NCBI GenBank assembly: GCA_965201075.1 | Contig: CBDAVP010000016.1 | Span: forward strand, 310,001 to 374,000 | DNA: 64,000 nt | Direction: 5' to 3' | Source: Isosphaeraceae bacterium | GTDB lineage: Bacteria; Planctomycetota; Planctomycetia; Isosphaerales; Isosphaeraceae | Part shown: piece by piece, positions 29,239 through 40,051 of the stretch | Layout of the letters: every line of letters begins with the position of its first letter | Numbering within the stretch: the stretch's first letter is position 1 | Notes under the pieces: generated by a model | Seen by the model: only the letters and a program-made list of their open reading frames with translations | Databases searched by the model: none | What the model was told of the DNA's origin: nothing | Translations under genes and position numbers: made by a program

Positions 29239-30537
29239 TTGAAGTTCTTCCGTCAGGTGATGCAGGGGTTGACGCCCGCCGAGCCGCCTCGCGTGGAGCT
29301 TTACCGCGCCGGCTGCCCGAAGGGTCACATTCTCCGGGGCGAGCGGACCGAGGGATATCAGGCTCTGCGCTGTCCGTCCTGCGGCGAGGGCGTGTTCGTC
29401 CTGCCCCGGAGCCCTCTTCCCGAGCCGCCGGCGCTTCACCGGCAGGACCGGGGCGAACGGTCGCGGCCCGTCGCCCAGGGGCCTTCGGCCGAGGATTCGC
29501 CGATCCCCCTGAACGACCCACCGCCGGGCGTGGACATCCTCGAGGTCATCGAGTCGGAGTTCGAGGAATCGGACTCGGAACTTGACGAGGAGACGGAAGT
29601 CGTCGAGCCGCTCGAAGCGGACGAGACACCCACGCCCCCGCCTCGATCGCGGAGTACTCCAAAGCTCCCCAGGCCCGATCGTCTCGTCCAGTCCCCCTCG
29701 CCACGTCGCCTCCCGGCCCAGGTCGTCCACGAGAGGCCAGAGCCGGAAGCCGACGACGAATATGAGTACGACGAGGAGGATTTCGACGATCGGGAAGGCG
29801 AGGACGACGGGAAACCGACGATCGGCCGTCGTCGGCGGATTAGCAAGCACTGGTTAACCTTCGCCGCCCTGGGTCTTTTGGCAGTCACGGCGATCAGCGC
29901 CAGAATCCGGCAACAGTGGCTCCAGGGGTTGCCCAAGGTTGTCGAGGCCGGGCGGACTCGTGGCCTCGATGCGCTCGACGCGGGACGATTCGACGAGGCG
30001 AAAGACCTTCTGAGCAAGGCCGCCTATGCCGCCAGAAAGCTCGGGGACCAGGTGGAAGGGGCCGAGGAGGTGCGCCAGGGGGCGCTGGAGGCGGCCATCT
30101 ATGCCGACCTGCTGCCCGAGACCCTGGAGACGATCCTGGACGAGGCCGCCGGGGGTTCCCTGGATGACCACGCGGCTTTGCTGAACTCTCGGTATGTCGG
30201 ACGGTCCTTGCTGCTGGATGGGGTCGCGGAGGAAGACCCCGCCGACCCGAAGAGACTGGTGCTCGATTACGTGGTCCTGCCCCCATCGGGTGGAACGAGG
30301 CGGGGCCGAATCAGCCTGACGGGTCTCGACCTGATCGAAAAGACCCGGGTCACGCCAGGACAGAGAATTTCCTGCGGGGCACGCCTCGCCAGCCTGGAGC
30401 GACCGGAGGGGCAAGATTGGCGATTCCGCCTTCAACCGGACAGTGGCGTCCTGCTGACGCATCCCTCATCGCTGGACGCGCTGGGCTTTTCCGGCGAAGT
30501 CCCGGCCGAGCCTCCGCGCGAAGGGCCAAACCCGTGA
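29239..30537 (+). CDS. Hypothetical Zn-ribbon / acidic linker / TM protein
   Basis: CPKGH..CPSCG, acidic-Pro linker, single TM. Confidence 0.7.
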   Translation: MKFFRQVMQGLTPAEPPRVELYRAGCPKGHILRGERTEGYQALRCPSCGEGVFVLPRSPLPEPPALHRQDRGERSRPVAQGPSAEDSPIPLNDPPPGVDILEVIESEFEESDSELDEETEVVEPLEADETPTPPPRSRSTPKLPRPDRLVQSPSPRRLPAQVVHERPEPEADDEYEYDEEDFDDREGEDDGKPTIGRRRRISKHWLTFAALGLLAVTAISARIRQQWLQGLPKVVEAGRTRGLDALDAGRFDEAKDLLSKAAYAARKLGDQVEGAEEVRQGALEAAIYADLLPETLETILDEAAGGSLDDHAALLNSRYVGRSLLLDGVAEEDPADPKRLVLDYVVLPPSGGTRRGRISLTGLDLIEKTRVTPGQRISCGARLASLERPEGQDWRFRLQPDSGVLLTHPSSLDALGFSGEVPAEPPREGPNP

Positions 30538-31607
30538 ACCGACGACTTTCACTGGTGATCAGTACCGCCCTCGGCATGCTTTTCGCCACTGGCGGCCCCC
30601 CTTCCCTGGCCCAATCGCGTCGGATGCCTCCGACGGCCGCCTCGGAATCGGCCCGGGCGTATCGGTCCGACCGCGCCGCGCTGACCGCCGCCCAGCGCCC
30701 CGAGGCTTGCCAGGCGATCGCCGACAAAATCGCCAAGGCTCATCCCCTCGCCGTGGACCCAGGTGCCGCGACCCACCCGCCGGACCGGCTCGCCCAACTG
30801 CTGGAGTCGGACCCCGAGACGGCATTCCGAGAGGCGACTCCCGGCGAGCGCAACTCGATGTTCCGCCTCCTTCACGACGACGCCTTGCAGCGTTTTTTCG
30901 AACTACGGGCGGTGGACACCCCCCAGGACGTGGCCGACCTGGCCCAGGCCGCCCGCAAACGGCTGCCCGACCGTCCCGACCTGCCGGTCGCCCTGCTGGA
31001 CGTGGCCGCCAAATCCCTGCCGACGCTCCATCATGCCGAGGTGGAGAATCTGGCTCGCGCCTACGAGCAGGCCGGGCGGCCCAACGGCGCGAGGGATCTG
31101 CGTCGCCGATGGCTCGACGACCAACGGGAGCATCGCCTCGGCCCCGACGACGCCGATGGTCGTGTTTCCCTCGCGGCGCAATATCGATCGATTCTGGGGG
31201 ACGACGCGACCGCCGCGACCCTCCTCCTGGATGCCTATCGGATCGACAAGGACTCCCCTTCCGCGGCCTCGGCGCTCCTGGCGCTGAATTACCGCAAGGA
31301 AGGCGACCGCTGGGTGGCTCCTGGCACCGAGGCCGAACCCGCTGGGAATGACGCCACCCCGGCGACGGCCGCCCCCGCGAACGCGGACGGTTCGCCCATC
31401 GGCTTCACTCGGGACCAGGTGCGGGCCAAGATGGGGGGGCCCCCGGCCCGAATGACCCGCATCGCCACCCAGGGACGGATCATCGAACAGTGGAGCTACG
31501 AACTCGATCGAGGGTCGAGGCGAATCTTCCACTTCCAAAAACGCGGCCCACGCTCCGAGCCGCTGGTCCGCAACGAATCGTTCATCCCCTCCGCCTCGGC
31601 ACCCTGA
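30534..31607 (+). CDS. Hypothetical secreted helical-repeat protein
   Basis: GTGA overlap, signal peptide, C-terminal G.TRDQV...GPP...EQWSY module. Confidence 0.65.
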   Translation: MNRRLSLVISTALGMLFATGGPPSLAQSRRMPPTAASESARAYRSDRAALTAAQRPEACQAIADKIAKAHPLAVDPGAATHPPDRLAQLLESDPETAFREATPGERNSMFRLLHDDALQRFFELRAVDTPQDVADLAQAARKRLPDRPDLPVALLDVAAKSLPTLHHAEVENLARAYEQAGRPNGARDLRRRWLDDQREHRLGPDDADGRVSLAAQYRSILGDDATAATLLLDAYRIDKDSPSAASALLALNYRKEGDRWVAPGTEAEPAGNDATPATAAPANADGSPIGFTRDQVRAKMGGPPARMTRIATQGRIIEQWSYELDRGSRRIFHFQKRGPRSEPLVRNESFIPSASAP

Positions 31608-31823
31608 TGAACGCTCCGCTGGCACCAGAATCCTCACCCCCGTGAGAATTCTCGTCTTGGATGACAGTCTCAACGGGGGCGAAGGACTCACGAACGACGA
31701 CCGAATCGTCGGATCCGTCACGGGTAAGGGAATCCGCCAGGGTTGACGTGGAATTCTCGCGGAATTTTTGTTGCGAATTCTCGACACAATCGCGCAAACC
31801 TTCCGTCTTGTCCTACGTAGTAA

Positions 31824-31989
31824 CCGTGTCGGGCGGAATCTAATTCGCCGGCTGGGTCAGTGGCGCATAATCTGCTTACGAGGCCATCGAGAGATTCCGG
31901 GGAGAGAGAGCCGATCCGAACGAACTTCCTCCGGTCTTTCGACGTCTAACTCGAAGCAGATTCCGGTCTTCCCGCACGTCCGACGTTGG
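31824..31989 (+). ncRNA. Candidate structured RNA in the dksA-like leader
   Basis: Nested pairings: 31828-35/31977-84, 31869-77/31954-62, 31879-82/31950-53, 31887-94/31935-42, 31897-900/31931-34. Confidence 0.4.
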
Positions 31990-32082
31990 GGGGATCACGT
32001 TCCTCGCGGCGACGGTCGCGGGCATGGCCGGTGTACGGCCCTCCGCCCTCGTCCTCTTGCGATCGACATCCGGAGGTGTGAG

Positions 32083-32562
32083 ATGGCCCGTAAAGATTCG
32101 ATGCTTCGCCTACATGCGCGGCTGGTCTCCCGTCGCGATGCCTTACGTAAGGCTCTGAATGGGGACCTCGACGGTCTCCGTGATTACGCCTCCGAATTCG
32201 AGGTTGGTGACGCCGTGGACGCCGCGGTGGACACGGCCAACGACGAAATCAATACGCAGCTCGCCGAGATCGAAAGCCGGGAGCTTGGCCAGATCGAACA
32301 CGCCCTGGAACGGCTTGAGTCCGGGGTGTATGGCCGTTGCGAGTTCTGCGCCGGGAAAATCGCCGAGGCGAGAATCAACGCCCTGCCATACACCACCACC
32401 TGCATCGACTGCCAGCGTGAGAACGAGCGTGGCGGTGGGTACGGTCTGGCGTTGGCCGAGGATCGTCGGTGGGCGAAGATCAGTGATCGGCCGCTTCATG
32501 AGTCCGACGGCGACGTCAACCTGAGCGATTTCGAACTCGACTACAGCGAAACCGGACGCTAA
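32083..32562 (+). CDS. DksA/TraR C4 zinc-finger protein
   Basis: GGAGG RBS; GDAVDAA coiled-coil tip; YGRCEFC...RINALPYTTTCIDC. Confidence 0.92.
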   Translation: MARKDSMLRLHARLVSRRDALRKALNGDLDGLRDYASEFEVGDAVDAAVDTANDEINTQLAEIESRELGQIEHALERLESGVYGRCEFCAGKIAEARINALPYTTTCIDCQRENERGGGYGLALAEDRRWAKISDRPLHESDGDVNLSDFELDYSETGR

Positions 32563-32587
32563 AAGTTCGGACCGAACCGTGAACCAG

Positions 32588-32624
32588 ACAGCCGCGGGCT
32601 CTCCCCCCGCGGCTGTTTTCGTTT
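32588..32624 (+). terminator. Rho-independent terminator
   Basis: ACAGCCGCGGG...CCCGCGGCTGT followed by TTTCGTTT. Confidence 0.75.
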
Positions 32625-32629
32625 GAGGT

Positions 32630-33529
32630 TCAAGGTCGAATCGCGTGGATGACTCGCGGATGGTTCGCGTGATCCCGAACGGTTGGCAGCAACAAGAGGC
32701 CGGGTTGTCCCGTCACAAGTTGGCGGACCGCGTCATCCTGATCGCTACCAATCTCCAGAAGCAGGTGGCCGCCAGGTTTCAAACGGGGCACGGCTCCCTC
32801 GATCAGGCGGTCGACGACTCGAAATCCGTCCACGCCACCGTCGAGCGCGGTATGGGGCTCAAAGTCTCGGACTCCTCGGTCCAGGGTCGCCAATGTGGCC
32901 GTGGCAATGTAGGGCGGGTTACTGAGGATGGCATCAAAGGGGGCCTCGTCGCTCGCCGCCTCATAAAGGTCGCCCCGACGGAAGGTCAGCCGGTCGGACA
33001 AACCCAGGGAGCGGGCGTTGGTTTCAGCCACGGCCAGGGCCTCGGCGCTGGTGTCGGTGGCCATGACCTTGGCGTCGAGGTGGTGCTTGGCGATCGCCAG
33101 CGCCAGGTTTCCCGAACCGGTGCCGATGTCCAGCACCCGAGGCGCCACCAGCCCTTTCAATGCCGCCAGGGTCTCGACCACCAGCGTTTCCGAGTCGGGC
33201 CGGGGGATCAGAACGGCGGGGGAAACGGCCAGGGTCAAGGAGAAAAACTCCTTCCGGCCGATCAGGTAAGCGACCGGGGCGCCTTCGAGTCGGCGGCGGA
33301 CCACGTCCTTGAAGTCTGACCGGCCGCGGGCCCCCACCTCTTCTTCCTGACGGGTGTAGAGTTCGATTCGCGACCAGCCCAGGACATGGGCGAGCAGCAC
33401 ATCGGCATCAAGGGCCGGGGACTCGAACCCTTGCTTGCGGAAGCGGTCCGCCGTCCAGGTGCGCAGTCGCTTGACGTCCCAGTGGTCGGCCCCGTCGGTC
33501 GTCGTTGTCCCCTGACCCGGCGGCTCCAT
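32630..33529 (-). CDS. prmC: Release factor glutamine methyltransferase
   Basis: PVAYLIG, LIPRPDSE, LDIGTGSG, SNPPY; follows prfA. Confidence 0.95.
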   Translation of the reverse strand: MEPPGQGTTTTDGADHWDVKRLRTWTADRFRKQGFESPALDADVLLAHVLGWSRIELYTRQEEEVGARGRSDFKDVVRRRLEGAPVAYLIGRKEFFSLTLAVSPAVLIPRPDSETLVVETLAALKGLVAPRVLDIGTGSGNLALAIAKHHLDAKVMATDTSAEALAVAETNARSLGLSDRLTFRRGDLYEAASDEAPFDAILSNPPYIATATLATLDRGVRDFEPHTALDGGVDGFRVVDRLIEGAVPRLKPGGHLLLEIGSDQDDAVRQLVTGQPGLLLLPTVRDHANHPRVIHAIRP

Positions 33530-33533
33530 CGAA

Positions 33534-34601
33534 TCAGGTCTCCCCAAGCTGTTCGCGACGGTCGTGGTCGATCAACGCAACGGTGACCAGGCCGAGCTCA
33601 CCCAGCATGACCCGATCGAGGTTGTGGAGGGTCAGGCCGATCCGGTGGTCGGTGACGCGGTTCTGCGGGAAGTTGTAGGTGCGGATGCGCTGGGAGCGGT
33701 CGCCCGAGCCAATCAGGGTCCGCCGCTGCTCGGCCCTTTGGTCGGCGACCTGCTGGCGGGTCAGGTCGTAGAGTCGAGAGCGGAGCAGCCGCATCGCCTT
33801 GGCCCGGTTCTTGTGCTGACTGCGCTCATCTCGGCAGACGACGACCAGGCCGCTGGGCTTATGGGTGAGCCGAACCGCGCTCTCGGTCTTGTTTTGGTGC
33901 TGGCCGCCCGGACCGCCGGCCCTCATGACGTCGGTCTCGATGTCCTCGGCCCGAATTTCGACCTCGACATCCTCGGGCTCGGCCAGCACCGCGACGGTCG
34001 CCAGCGAGGTATGAATTCGCCCCTGGGTCTCGGTCTCCGGCACTCTCTGGACGCGATGGCCGCCGCTCTCGAACTGGAAGTGGCGGAAGGCACCCGGGCC
34101 TTCGACCCCGAACGACGCCTCTCGAAATCCACCCAGGTCCGTGGCAAGGACTTCCAGGGGCTCGAACCGCCAGCCCTGGATCTCGGCGTAGCGTCGGTAC
34201 ATCTCGGCAAGGTCGCGGACGAAGAGTGCCGCCTCGTCGCCGCCGGTTCCGGCTCGCAACTCAACGATCAGGCCCGCGCGATCGGCGCCAGCCTGGCGGT
34301 CATAGAGGACGTCGCGGAGCGCGTCACCAATACGGTCGCGCTCGGCCTTGAGGCCCTCGACCTCGGCCTCGGCGTAGGCTCGCACCTCCGCGTCGGCTTC
34401 CGACTCACCAAGGGCCTGGGTCTCCTCGATCTGTCGGCCGAGGTCCAGGTATTGACCGTAAGCAATCGCCAACCGGGCCAGGCCGCCCCGCTCCCTCGCC
34501 AGAGCCGTGACCCTTGCCGGGTCGCTGGCGATCTCCGGGTCAAGCAGCGCTGCTTCCAGTTCTCGATATCTCAGAAGGTCCGCCTGCAACTTCTCGAACA
34601 C
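33534..34601 (-). CDS. prfA: Peptide chain release factor 1
   Basis: [21 protein letters not shown] (PxT), [19 protein letters not shown]. Confidence 0.97.
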   Translation of the reverse strand: MFEKLQADLLRYRELEAALLDPEIASDPARVTALARERGGLARLAIAYGQYLDLGRQIEETQALGESEADAEVRAYAEAEVEGLKAERDRIGDALRDVLYDRQAGADRAGLIVELRAGTGGDEAALFVRDLAEMYRRYAEIQGWRFEPLEVLATDLGGFREASFGVEGPGAFRHFQFESGGHRVQRVPETETQGRIHTSLATVAVLAEPEDVEVEIRAEDIETDVMRAGGPGGQHQNKTESAVRLTHKPSGLVVVCRDERSQHKNRAKAMRLLRSRLYDLTRQQVADQRAEQRRTLIGSGDRSQRIRTYNFPQNRVTDHRIGLTLHNLDRVMLGELGLVTVALIDHDRREQLGET

Positions 34602-34759
34602 GCCGACGCCCCGGAGCGTTGTCGAGCGACCGACCCTTGCGGCCCGCGTCGCGATCGGAGGAGGTCACGTTCCGGCAGGCCCCAAAACGGCGAAGCGGTC
34701 CGCCGACCAGCGCCTGGGGCGCGGGCCGGGGACCGCTCGATCGACTCGTCCTTGCAAGG

Positions 34760-35020
34760 CTAACCCTGAGCGGGGGCGGTGGCCGTGGCGGGAGCTTCGG
34801 CCAGCTTCTTGGCCTTGCCGTAGGTCCCCGAGAACTTCTTGTTGAACTTGTCGACGCGGCCGGCGGCGTCCACGAACTTCACCGAGCCAGTGTAGAACGG
34901 GTGGCACTTCGAGCAGACTTCCACCGTGATCTTCGGCTTGGTGCTGCGGGTCGTGAACGAGTTGCCACAGCCGCAACTGACCTGGCAATCCTGATACTTC
35001 GGGTGGATCGACTCTTTCAT
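34760..35020 (-). CDS. rpmE: 50S ribosomal protein L31 (Zn-binding type)
   Basis: [29 protein letters not shown]. Confidence 0.97.
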   Translation of the reverse strand: MKESIHPKYQDCQVSCGCGNSFTTRSTKPKITVEVCSKCHPFYTGSVKFVDAAGRVDKFNKKFSGTYGKAKKLAEAPATATAPAQG

Positions 35021-35190
35021 GGCGGTGGTCCGATCTCCGGCCTTGGCTGGGCCGGCCGTGCGCGGGACGGTCTCAAAGGTCAGGGCCCCGCCGCGTCCCG
35101 TTGCGTCAATCGGGGCCCATGTGGTCACTCTAGCAGGTCGAGGCAAGTCCCGCGAGGGGTGCGTCGTTCCGCGGTCGCGAAGGGTCGCCG

Positions 35191-35928
35191 TCACCCCGCT
35201 TTGGGGAGCAGGCCCTCGATGACCTTCTCCACTTCGTCGTAAGTGAATTGATGGTTCGGATCGTCCCAGGTGAACTGCTTCAGGATCGTGCCATCGGGCT
35301 TGAACAGGATCACGGCCGGGATGGCCGAAAAATCCCAGGTCTCGTAAGCGATGGCCGGGTCTTCGCTCAGCCGCCAGTTGGTGAACGCGGCGTGCTGCTG
35401 ACGAAGGAACGTCTCGGCCGAAGCGATGGCGTCGGGCTCGTCGGGAGGATCGAGAGACAGGGAGATGACCGCGAGTCCCTTGTTGCCGAACCGCTCATGC
35501 ATTTTCACAAGATGAGGGAAATTCTGCTTGCAAGGTCCGCAGGTCGTTGACCAAAGGTCCATCACGGCAAGCGATTTTCCGGGCAGGGCCGCAACCCTCT
35601 TGGTAAGTTCGGCAAAAGGGATCGCGTCCAGGCGGACAACCTCGTGTTTGGCCGCGGCGGGTTCCGCGAACGGCTCGGGCAAGACGGCGGCGACCGTCCC
35701 GGAGACTGGACGGACCTGCGTGGCCTTCTCGACCGTCGTTTTGGGTTTCGGGGGAGTCGCGGGGGTTACGGCCGGCGCGGGCTCGGGGGGCGGCTCGGGT
35801 TTCAAGACGTTGGCAGGGGTCGGCAAGATGCCCACCTGGTTGACGCTCACCTCTCCGCAACCGGTCACCAAGGTCAGCAGGCACGCGCCCCAGATGGGGA
35901 GACTCGGCCGGAGTCGTTGAACGCTCAT
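35191..35928 (-). CDS. TlpA-like thioredoxin lipoprotein
   Basis: Lipobox [14 protein letters not shown]. Confidence 0.85.
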   Translation of the reverse strand: MSVQRLRPSLPIWGACLLTLVTGCGEVSVNQVGILPTPANVLKPEPPPEPAPAVTPATPPKPKTTVEKATQVRPVSGTVAAVLPEPFAEPAAAKHEVVRLDAIPFAELTKRVAALPGKSLAVMDLWSTTCGPCKQNFPHLVKMHERFGNKGLAVISLSLDPPDEPDAIASAETFLRQQHAAFTNWRLSEDPAIAYETWDFSAIPAVILFKPDGTILKQFTWDDPNHQFTYDEVEKVIEGLLPKAG

Positions 35929-36072
35929 CGGGGATAGTCCTGGGGAGGATCGCCCTGCGAAACCGGAAAACGAACCGACCCGACGTAAACGTCGGGCCGA
36001 TCCGAATGGAGGTCAACCGGAGCCGGCTCGCCGCGTTGGGGCGTCCGAGCGGGAGGACGACGGTTGAGCGGC

Positions 36073-36681
36073 TTACTTGTTGTAGCCGATGCCGCAGCCG
36101 CTCGCCTTGGTCTCGGTCATCTCGACTGAGTTACCGGCCAGCAGGGCGTCGACGGCATCCTTGACGAAGTGCTTGGTCGCGTCGCTCTCGCGGCGGCCAT
36201 TGTCGAAGGCGCCGGTGTAGCGGATGGTGCGATCCTGGTCCAGAACGAAGAATTGCGGGGTGACGCTGGCGCCGTAGTCCTTGCCGATGGTCTGCCCACC
36301 GTCATAACCGTAGACGAACGGGTAGCCCTTGTCCTTGATCCGCTGCTTGATGCCGGGGATCTTGTCGATGTCCATGTCCGAGACGGCCATGGCGACGACC
36401 TTCACGCCCTTGGCCTCGTAATCCTTCGCGAAGTCGATGACGCGATCCTCGACCGCCGTGACGGCCGGGCAGTGATTGGCGAAGAACACCAGGACGACGA
36501 CCTTGTCCTTCATGGCGTCGAGACTGAGGCTCGTGTCCTTGTCGCCCATGACGGCCGGAATGCCGGAGAAATCCGGGGCCTTTTCGCCGACGCTGACGAC
36601 CTTGTTGTACTTGCCCGGCTTGGCCAGGGCCGGAGCCGCGACCAGGCCCAAAACGGCCAGACTCAGGACCAGCTTGCGCAT
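36073..36681 (-). CDS. Secreted thioredoxin/redoxin family protein
   Basis: Signal peptide; GEKAPDF, ANHCPAV, TPQFFVLD, GC.I. Confidence 0.88.
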   Translation of the reverse strand: MRKLVLSLAVLGLVAAPALAKPGKYNKVVSVGEKAPDFSGIPAVMGDKDTSLSLDAMKDKVVVLVFFANHCPAVTAVEDRVIDFAKDYEAKGVKVVAMAVSDMDIDKIPGIKQRIKDKGYPFVYGYDGGQTIGKDYGASVTPQFFVLDQDRTIRYTGAFDNGRRESDATKHFVKDAVDALLAGNSVEMTETKASGCGIGYNK

Positions 36682-36917
36682 CGGATGCACTCTCCAAGGG
36701 CGTTGGTGGGGGAGGCCGTGTTTCGGCAGTCCCCGTCCACTCGTGCGTCGAGAGCGGTCCACCCGTCCCAGGAATCCCCCGGGATTGGCGGCTTTTCCCG
36801 CCCCCGATTATAGGAGGCCCCCCCCTCTCGTCAACGAGGGGGGCGTCAACCCCAATAAGTCGGCCCACATCGTGAAGCCTGACGAATTACCCCGCCAGGC
36901 TCCTTGGTGGTGCGGTC

Positions 36918-37397
36918 TCAGGGGACGAGATAGCGCGTTTGAACGATCGGTTCCGGCTGAATCACCGTTCGTTGAACCACCGGCGGCGGCTGGACCATGA
37001 ACCGCTGCATCACCGGCGGGGGCTGAACCCAGCGTGTTTCCATCACCGGGGCCGACTGCACCAGGCGAGATTCAACCACGGGTGCCGGGCGGACCACTCG
37101 CGTCTCGGTCACAATCGGCGGCGCGACCACCACACGACGAGGCTTGACCACAATCTTCTCCACGCGACCAAACAGTCCTCGCTTCACCCGGTACTTTTCG
37201 TAAACGGTCGGGGCAAAAACAGCCGGCGCAACCACCGCGGGAGTGACCACCGTCGGCGCAACCACCGTGGGAGCCACCACGGATTCCTCAACCAGTCCCG
37301 GAGCGGGGGACGACTCGATAATCCCCTGAGCCTGAACGGACGGAACCAACAGACCCAACCCAACCACCAACGACCAACCGAACGCAATCCGACTCAT
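36918..37397 (-). CDS. Secreted Val/Pro-rich repeat protein
   Basis: GGAG RBS, signal peptide, VVAPT and 11-aa repeats. Confidence 0.7.
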   Translation of the reverse strand: MSRIAFGWSLVVGLGLLVPSVQAQGIIESSPAPGLVEESVVAPTVVAPTVVTPAVVAPAVFAPTVYEKYRVKRGLFGRVEKIVVKPRRVVVAPPIVTETRVVRPAPVVESRLVQSAPVMETRWVQPPPVMQRFMVQPPPVVQRTVIQPEPIVQTRYLVP

Positions 37398-37761
37398 GGA
37401 AATTCTCCCTCAATTCCCGGCCTCACGGTTCCAAGGATTTCCGATTTCGTTGGAAAACCTCAGATCACGGTGAAGCGGATCACCACGGCGGGTGGGACGC
37501 ACCAGTCTTGCTGGTTGCTTGATGCGAATCGCGGACCGGGATCTTGATTCGCGTTGCTGGATGGAAATTCGATTCGCTCGAACGCCTTGAAGAGTCGGCG
37601 GTTAGGAAATCGTTCCATTGGTCTCCGGTGATGCCTTCAAGCGACCTCAAAGATTCGTGCGCTTCCCGTTATTTCAAGGAAGGAGGCGAAATGGACGGAA
37701 TTCGCACCGAAGGGGATGGCCGGTTCCTGGAATCGCCGATCCCGGCCTCGCTTCCGAGGAT

Positions 37762-37790
37762 TTGACGGCGGCGGGACGGGTCGTTAGAGT
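37762..37790 (+). promoter_or_regulatory. rpsB promoter
   Basis: TTGACG-17bp-TAGAGT, followed by a GC-rich structured leader (probable S2 autoregulatory leader). Confidence 0.55.
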
Positions 37791-37903
37791 GTCGTTCTTC
37801 GGTCGATGGGTCGGTTTACTCACCTTTCAACACGGTCGCCCCGGGCATGTTGCCTCGGGGGACGCGGCCGGCAGCAGTTCCGTTTCGCGGAAGGGTTCAG
37901 CCC

Positions 37904-38914
37904 GTGGCGCTTGTTGTCAAGGATCTGATCGACGCGGGAGTGCATTTCGGACACCGGGCGAGCCGGTGGAACCCGAAAATGAAGCCGTACATTTACGGCA
38001 AGCGGAACTCGATTCACATCATCGACTTGAAGGAAACGGTTCGCGGTCTCCTCCGCGCCACCAAGTACTTTCACCGCGTCGCGGCCGGCAACGGCCTGAT
38101 CCTCTTCGTCGGCACCAAGCGCCAGGCGGCCGAGACGATCGTCGAGGAATGCAAGCGCTCCGGGATGCCCTATGTCACCGAGCGTTGGCTGGGTGGCACC
38201 CTGACCAACTTCCGCACCATTCGCTCCCGACTGGAACGGATGGAGGAACTCGAAGGCATCCTCAACAGCGAGCAGGCCCTCACTTATTCCAAGAAGATGA
38301 TCGCGACCCTGAGCCGCGAGCATCGCAAGATTCAGCGCAACCTCGAAGGCATCCGCTCGATGACGCGGCTGCCCGAGGCCCTGTTGGTGGTGGATCCTCA
38401 CCGAGAGCGGATCGCCGTCACCGAGGCACGCAAACTCGGTATCAAGGTCGTCGCGCTGCTGGATACCGACTGCGATCCCGATGAGGTCGACTTGCCGATT
38501 CCGGGCAACGACGACAGCATGAGGTCGATCGAGTTGGTCCTGAAGCGGCTGACCGAGGCGATTATTCAGGGCAAGGCCGAAGCTCCCCCCGAGCCCCCGC
38601 CCCGCTCCGACGACGGCGACCGACGCGGCGACCGTCGCGGCGGCGGACGCGACAACCGTGGCGGCGGCGGTGGTCGTGGCCCCAACCCCAACGCGGGCCG
38701 AGGGCTCTCCGGCCGAACCGGCTCATCCGCCGAACCGACCGCCGCGGCCCCCGAGGCATCCCCGGCGGCACCAGAGTCGCCCGCCGCGGCGGCTCCCGAG
38801 TCGGCCGCGACGGCTCCCGAGTCGGAACCGTCGACGACACCCGTCGGTGAGGCGGCCGTGGTGGGTGTCGAGCCCGCCGATGCCGCGGCCACTTCGCCGG
38901 CCGAGTCGGAGTGA
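37904..38914 (+). CDS. rpsB: 30S ribosomal protein S2 with long low-complexity tail
   Basis: AGVHFGH...[31 protein letters not shown]. Confidence 0.97.
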   Translation: MALVVKDLIDAGVHFGHRASRWNPKMKPYIYGKRNSIHIIDLKETVRGLLRATKYFHRVAAGNGLILFVGTKRQAAETIVEECKRSGMPYVTERWLGGTLTNFRTIRSRLERMEELEGILNSEQALTYSKKMIATLSREHRKIQRNLEGIRSMTRLPEALLVVDPHRERIAVTEARKLGIKVVALLDTDCDPDEVDLPIPGNDDSMRSIELVLKRLTEAIIQGKAEAPPEPPPRSDDGDRRGDRRGGGRDNRGGGGGRGPNPNAGRGLSGRTGSSAEPTAAAPEASPAAPESPAAAAPESAATAPESEPSTTPVGEAAVVGVEPADAAATSPAESE

Positions 38915-39087
38915 TCCGGGGCGTCGCGACGCCCCGAATCTGGCCCCGCGAGTGAACCGCGACGCCCGCCGTCGAGTCCCGGTGGATAACCGGTCGGCGG
39001 CGGGCGCGACAGCCCTCGGAAATCGGCCCCGGGCCGTGTTGGATTCACGATCGAGCGAGAACAGAAAGAACGCAGGGAGATTTTGCG

Positions 39088-39960
39088 ATGGCCGCGATCA
39101 CGGCTCAGGCCGTCAATGACCTCCGCAAGCGCACGGGTCTCGGGTTGATGGAGTGCAAGGCCCTCTTGAAGGAGACCGACGGCGACTCCAAGGCCGCCGA
39201 GACCCTCGCCAAGGAGCGAAACCTCACCAAGGCGGCCGGCCGCGCCGGTCGCGCCGCCACCGCCGGCCGCGTCGAGGTCGCCCTGGCCCCCGACGGCAAG
39301 GCCGGCGCTTTGGTGGAAATCGGCTGCGAAACCGACTTCGTCGCCCGCAACGAAGACTTTCGCGCCGCCACCCGGGAACTGGCCGAGCACCTGCTCGCCG
39401 CCAAGGACGACGCTCCCCTGGCCGACCAGGCATCACGCAAGGACGGCACCAAGACCGTCAAGGACGAACTCGTCGCGCTAAACGTCCGCACCGGGGAGAA
39501 CGTCACCCTGGCCCGCCAGGCCCGGTTTGCCGTGCCGGCCGCCGGCCGTGTCGACGCTTACGTTCACCACGACGCCAAGTCGGGCGCTTTGGTCCAGGTC
39601 GACGCCCCCGACGACGCGACCGCCTCCACCGACGCATTTCGGCAACTGGTCAAGGACCTGGGTCTCCAGGTCGTCGCCGCCAAGCCCTTGACGGTCCGCC
39701 GAGAGGAAGTCGACCCCGAGGTCGTCGCCGAGCAACGGCGGATCTTCGTCGCCCAGGCCGCCGACAAGCCCGAGGGGGTCCGCGACAAGATCGCCAATGG
39801 CAAGCTCGACGCCTGGTTCGGCGAGACGACCTTGCTCGAGCAGGTCTTCGTCAAGGACGCATCCAAGAAGGTGCGAGACGTCGTCGCCGCTGCGGGCAAG
39901 GGAATCACCGTGGCGAAATTCGCCCGGTTCGTCATCGGTGAGTCGTCCGGCCAGGAGTAA
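39088..39960 (+). CDS. tsf: Elongation factor Ts
   Basis: LRKRTGLGLMECKALL, CETDFVARN. Confidence 0.97.
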   Translation: MAAITAQAVNDLRKRTGLGLMECKALLKETDGDSKAAETLAKERNLTKAAGRAGRAATAGRVEVALAPDGKAGALVEIGCETDFVARNEDFRAATRELAEHLLAAKDDAPLADQASRKDGTKTVKDELVALNVRTGENVTLARQARFAVPAAGRVDAYVHHDAKSGALVQVDAPDDATASTDAFRQLVKDLGLQVVAAKPLTVRREEVDPEVVAEQRRIFVAQAADKPEGVRDKIANGKLDAWFGETTLLEQVFVKDASKKVRDVVAAAGKGITVAKFARFVIGESSGQE

Positions 39961-40051
39961 TCCCGCCATCAAGGGCCGGTCCGTTGAGGCAACGCACCCC
40001 GGCCGGCGGCCCGGCCCCTTTTGTCGTCCCTCGACCCAGGAACCTCCGTCC

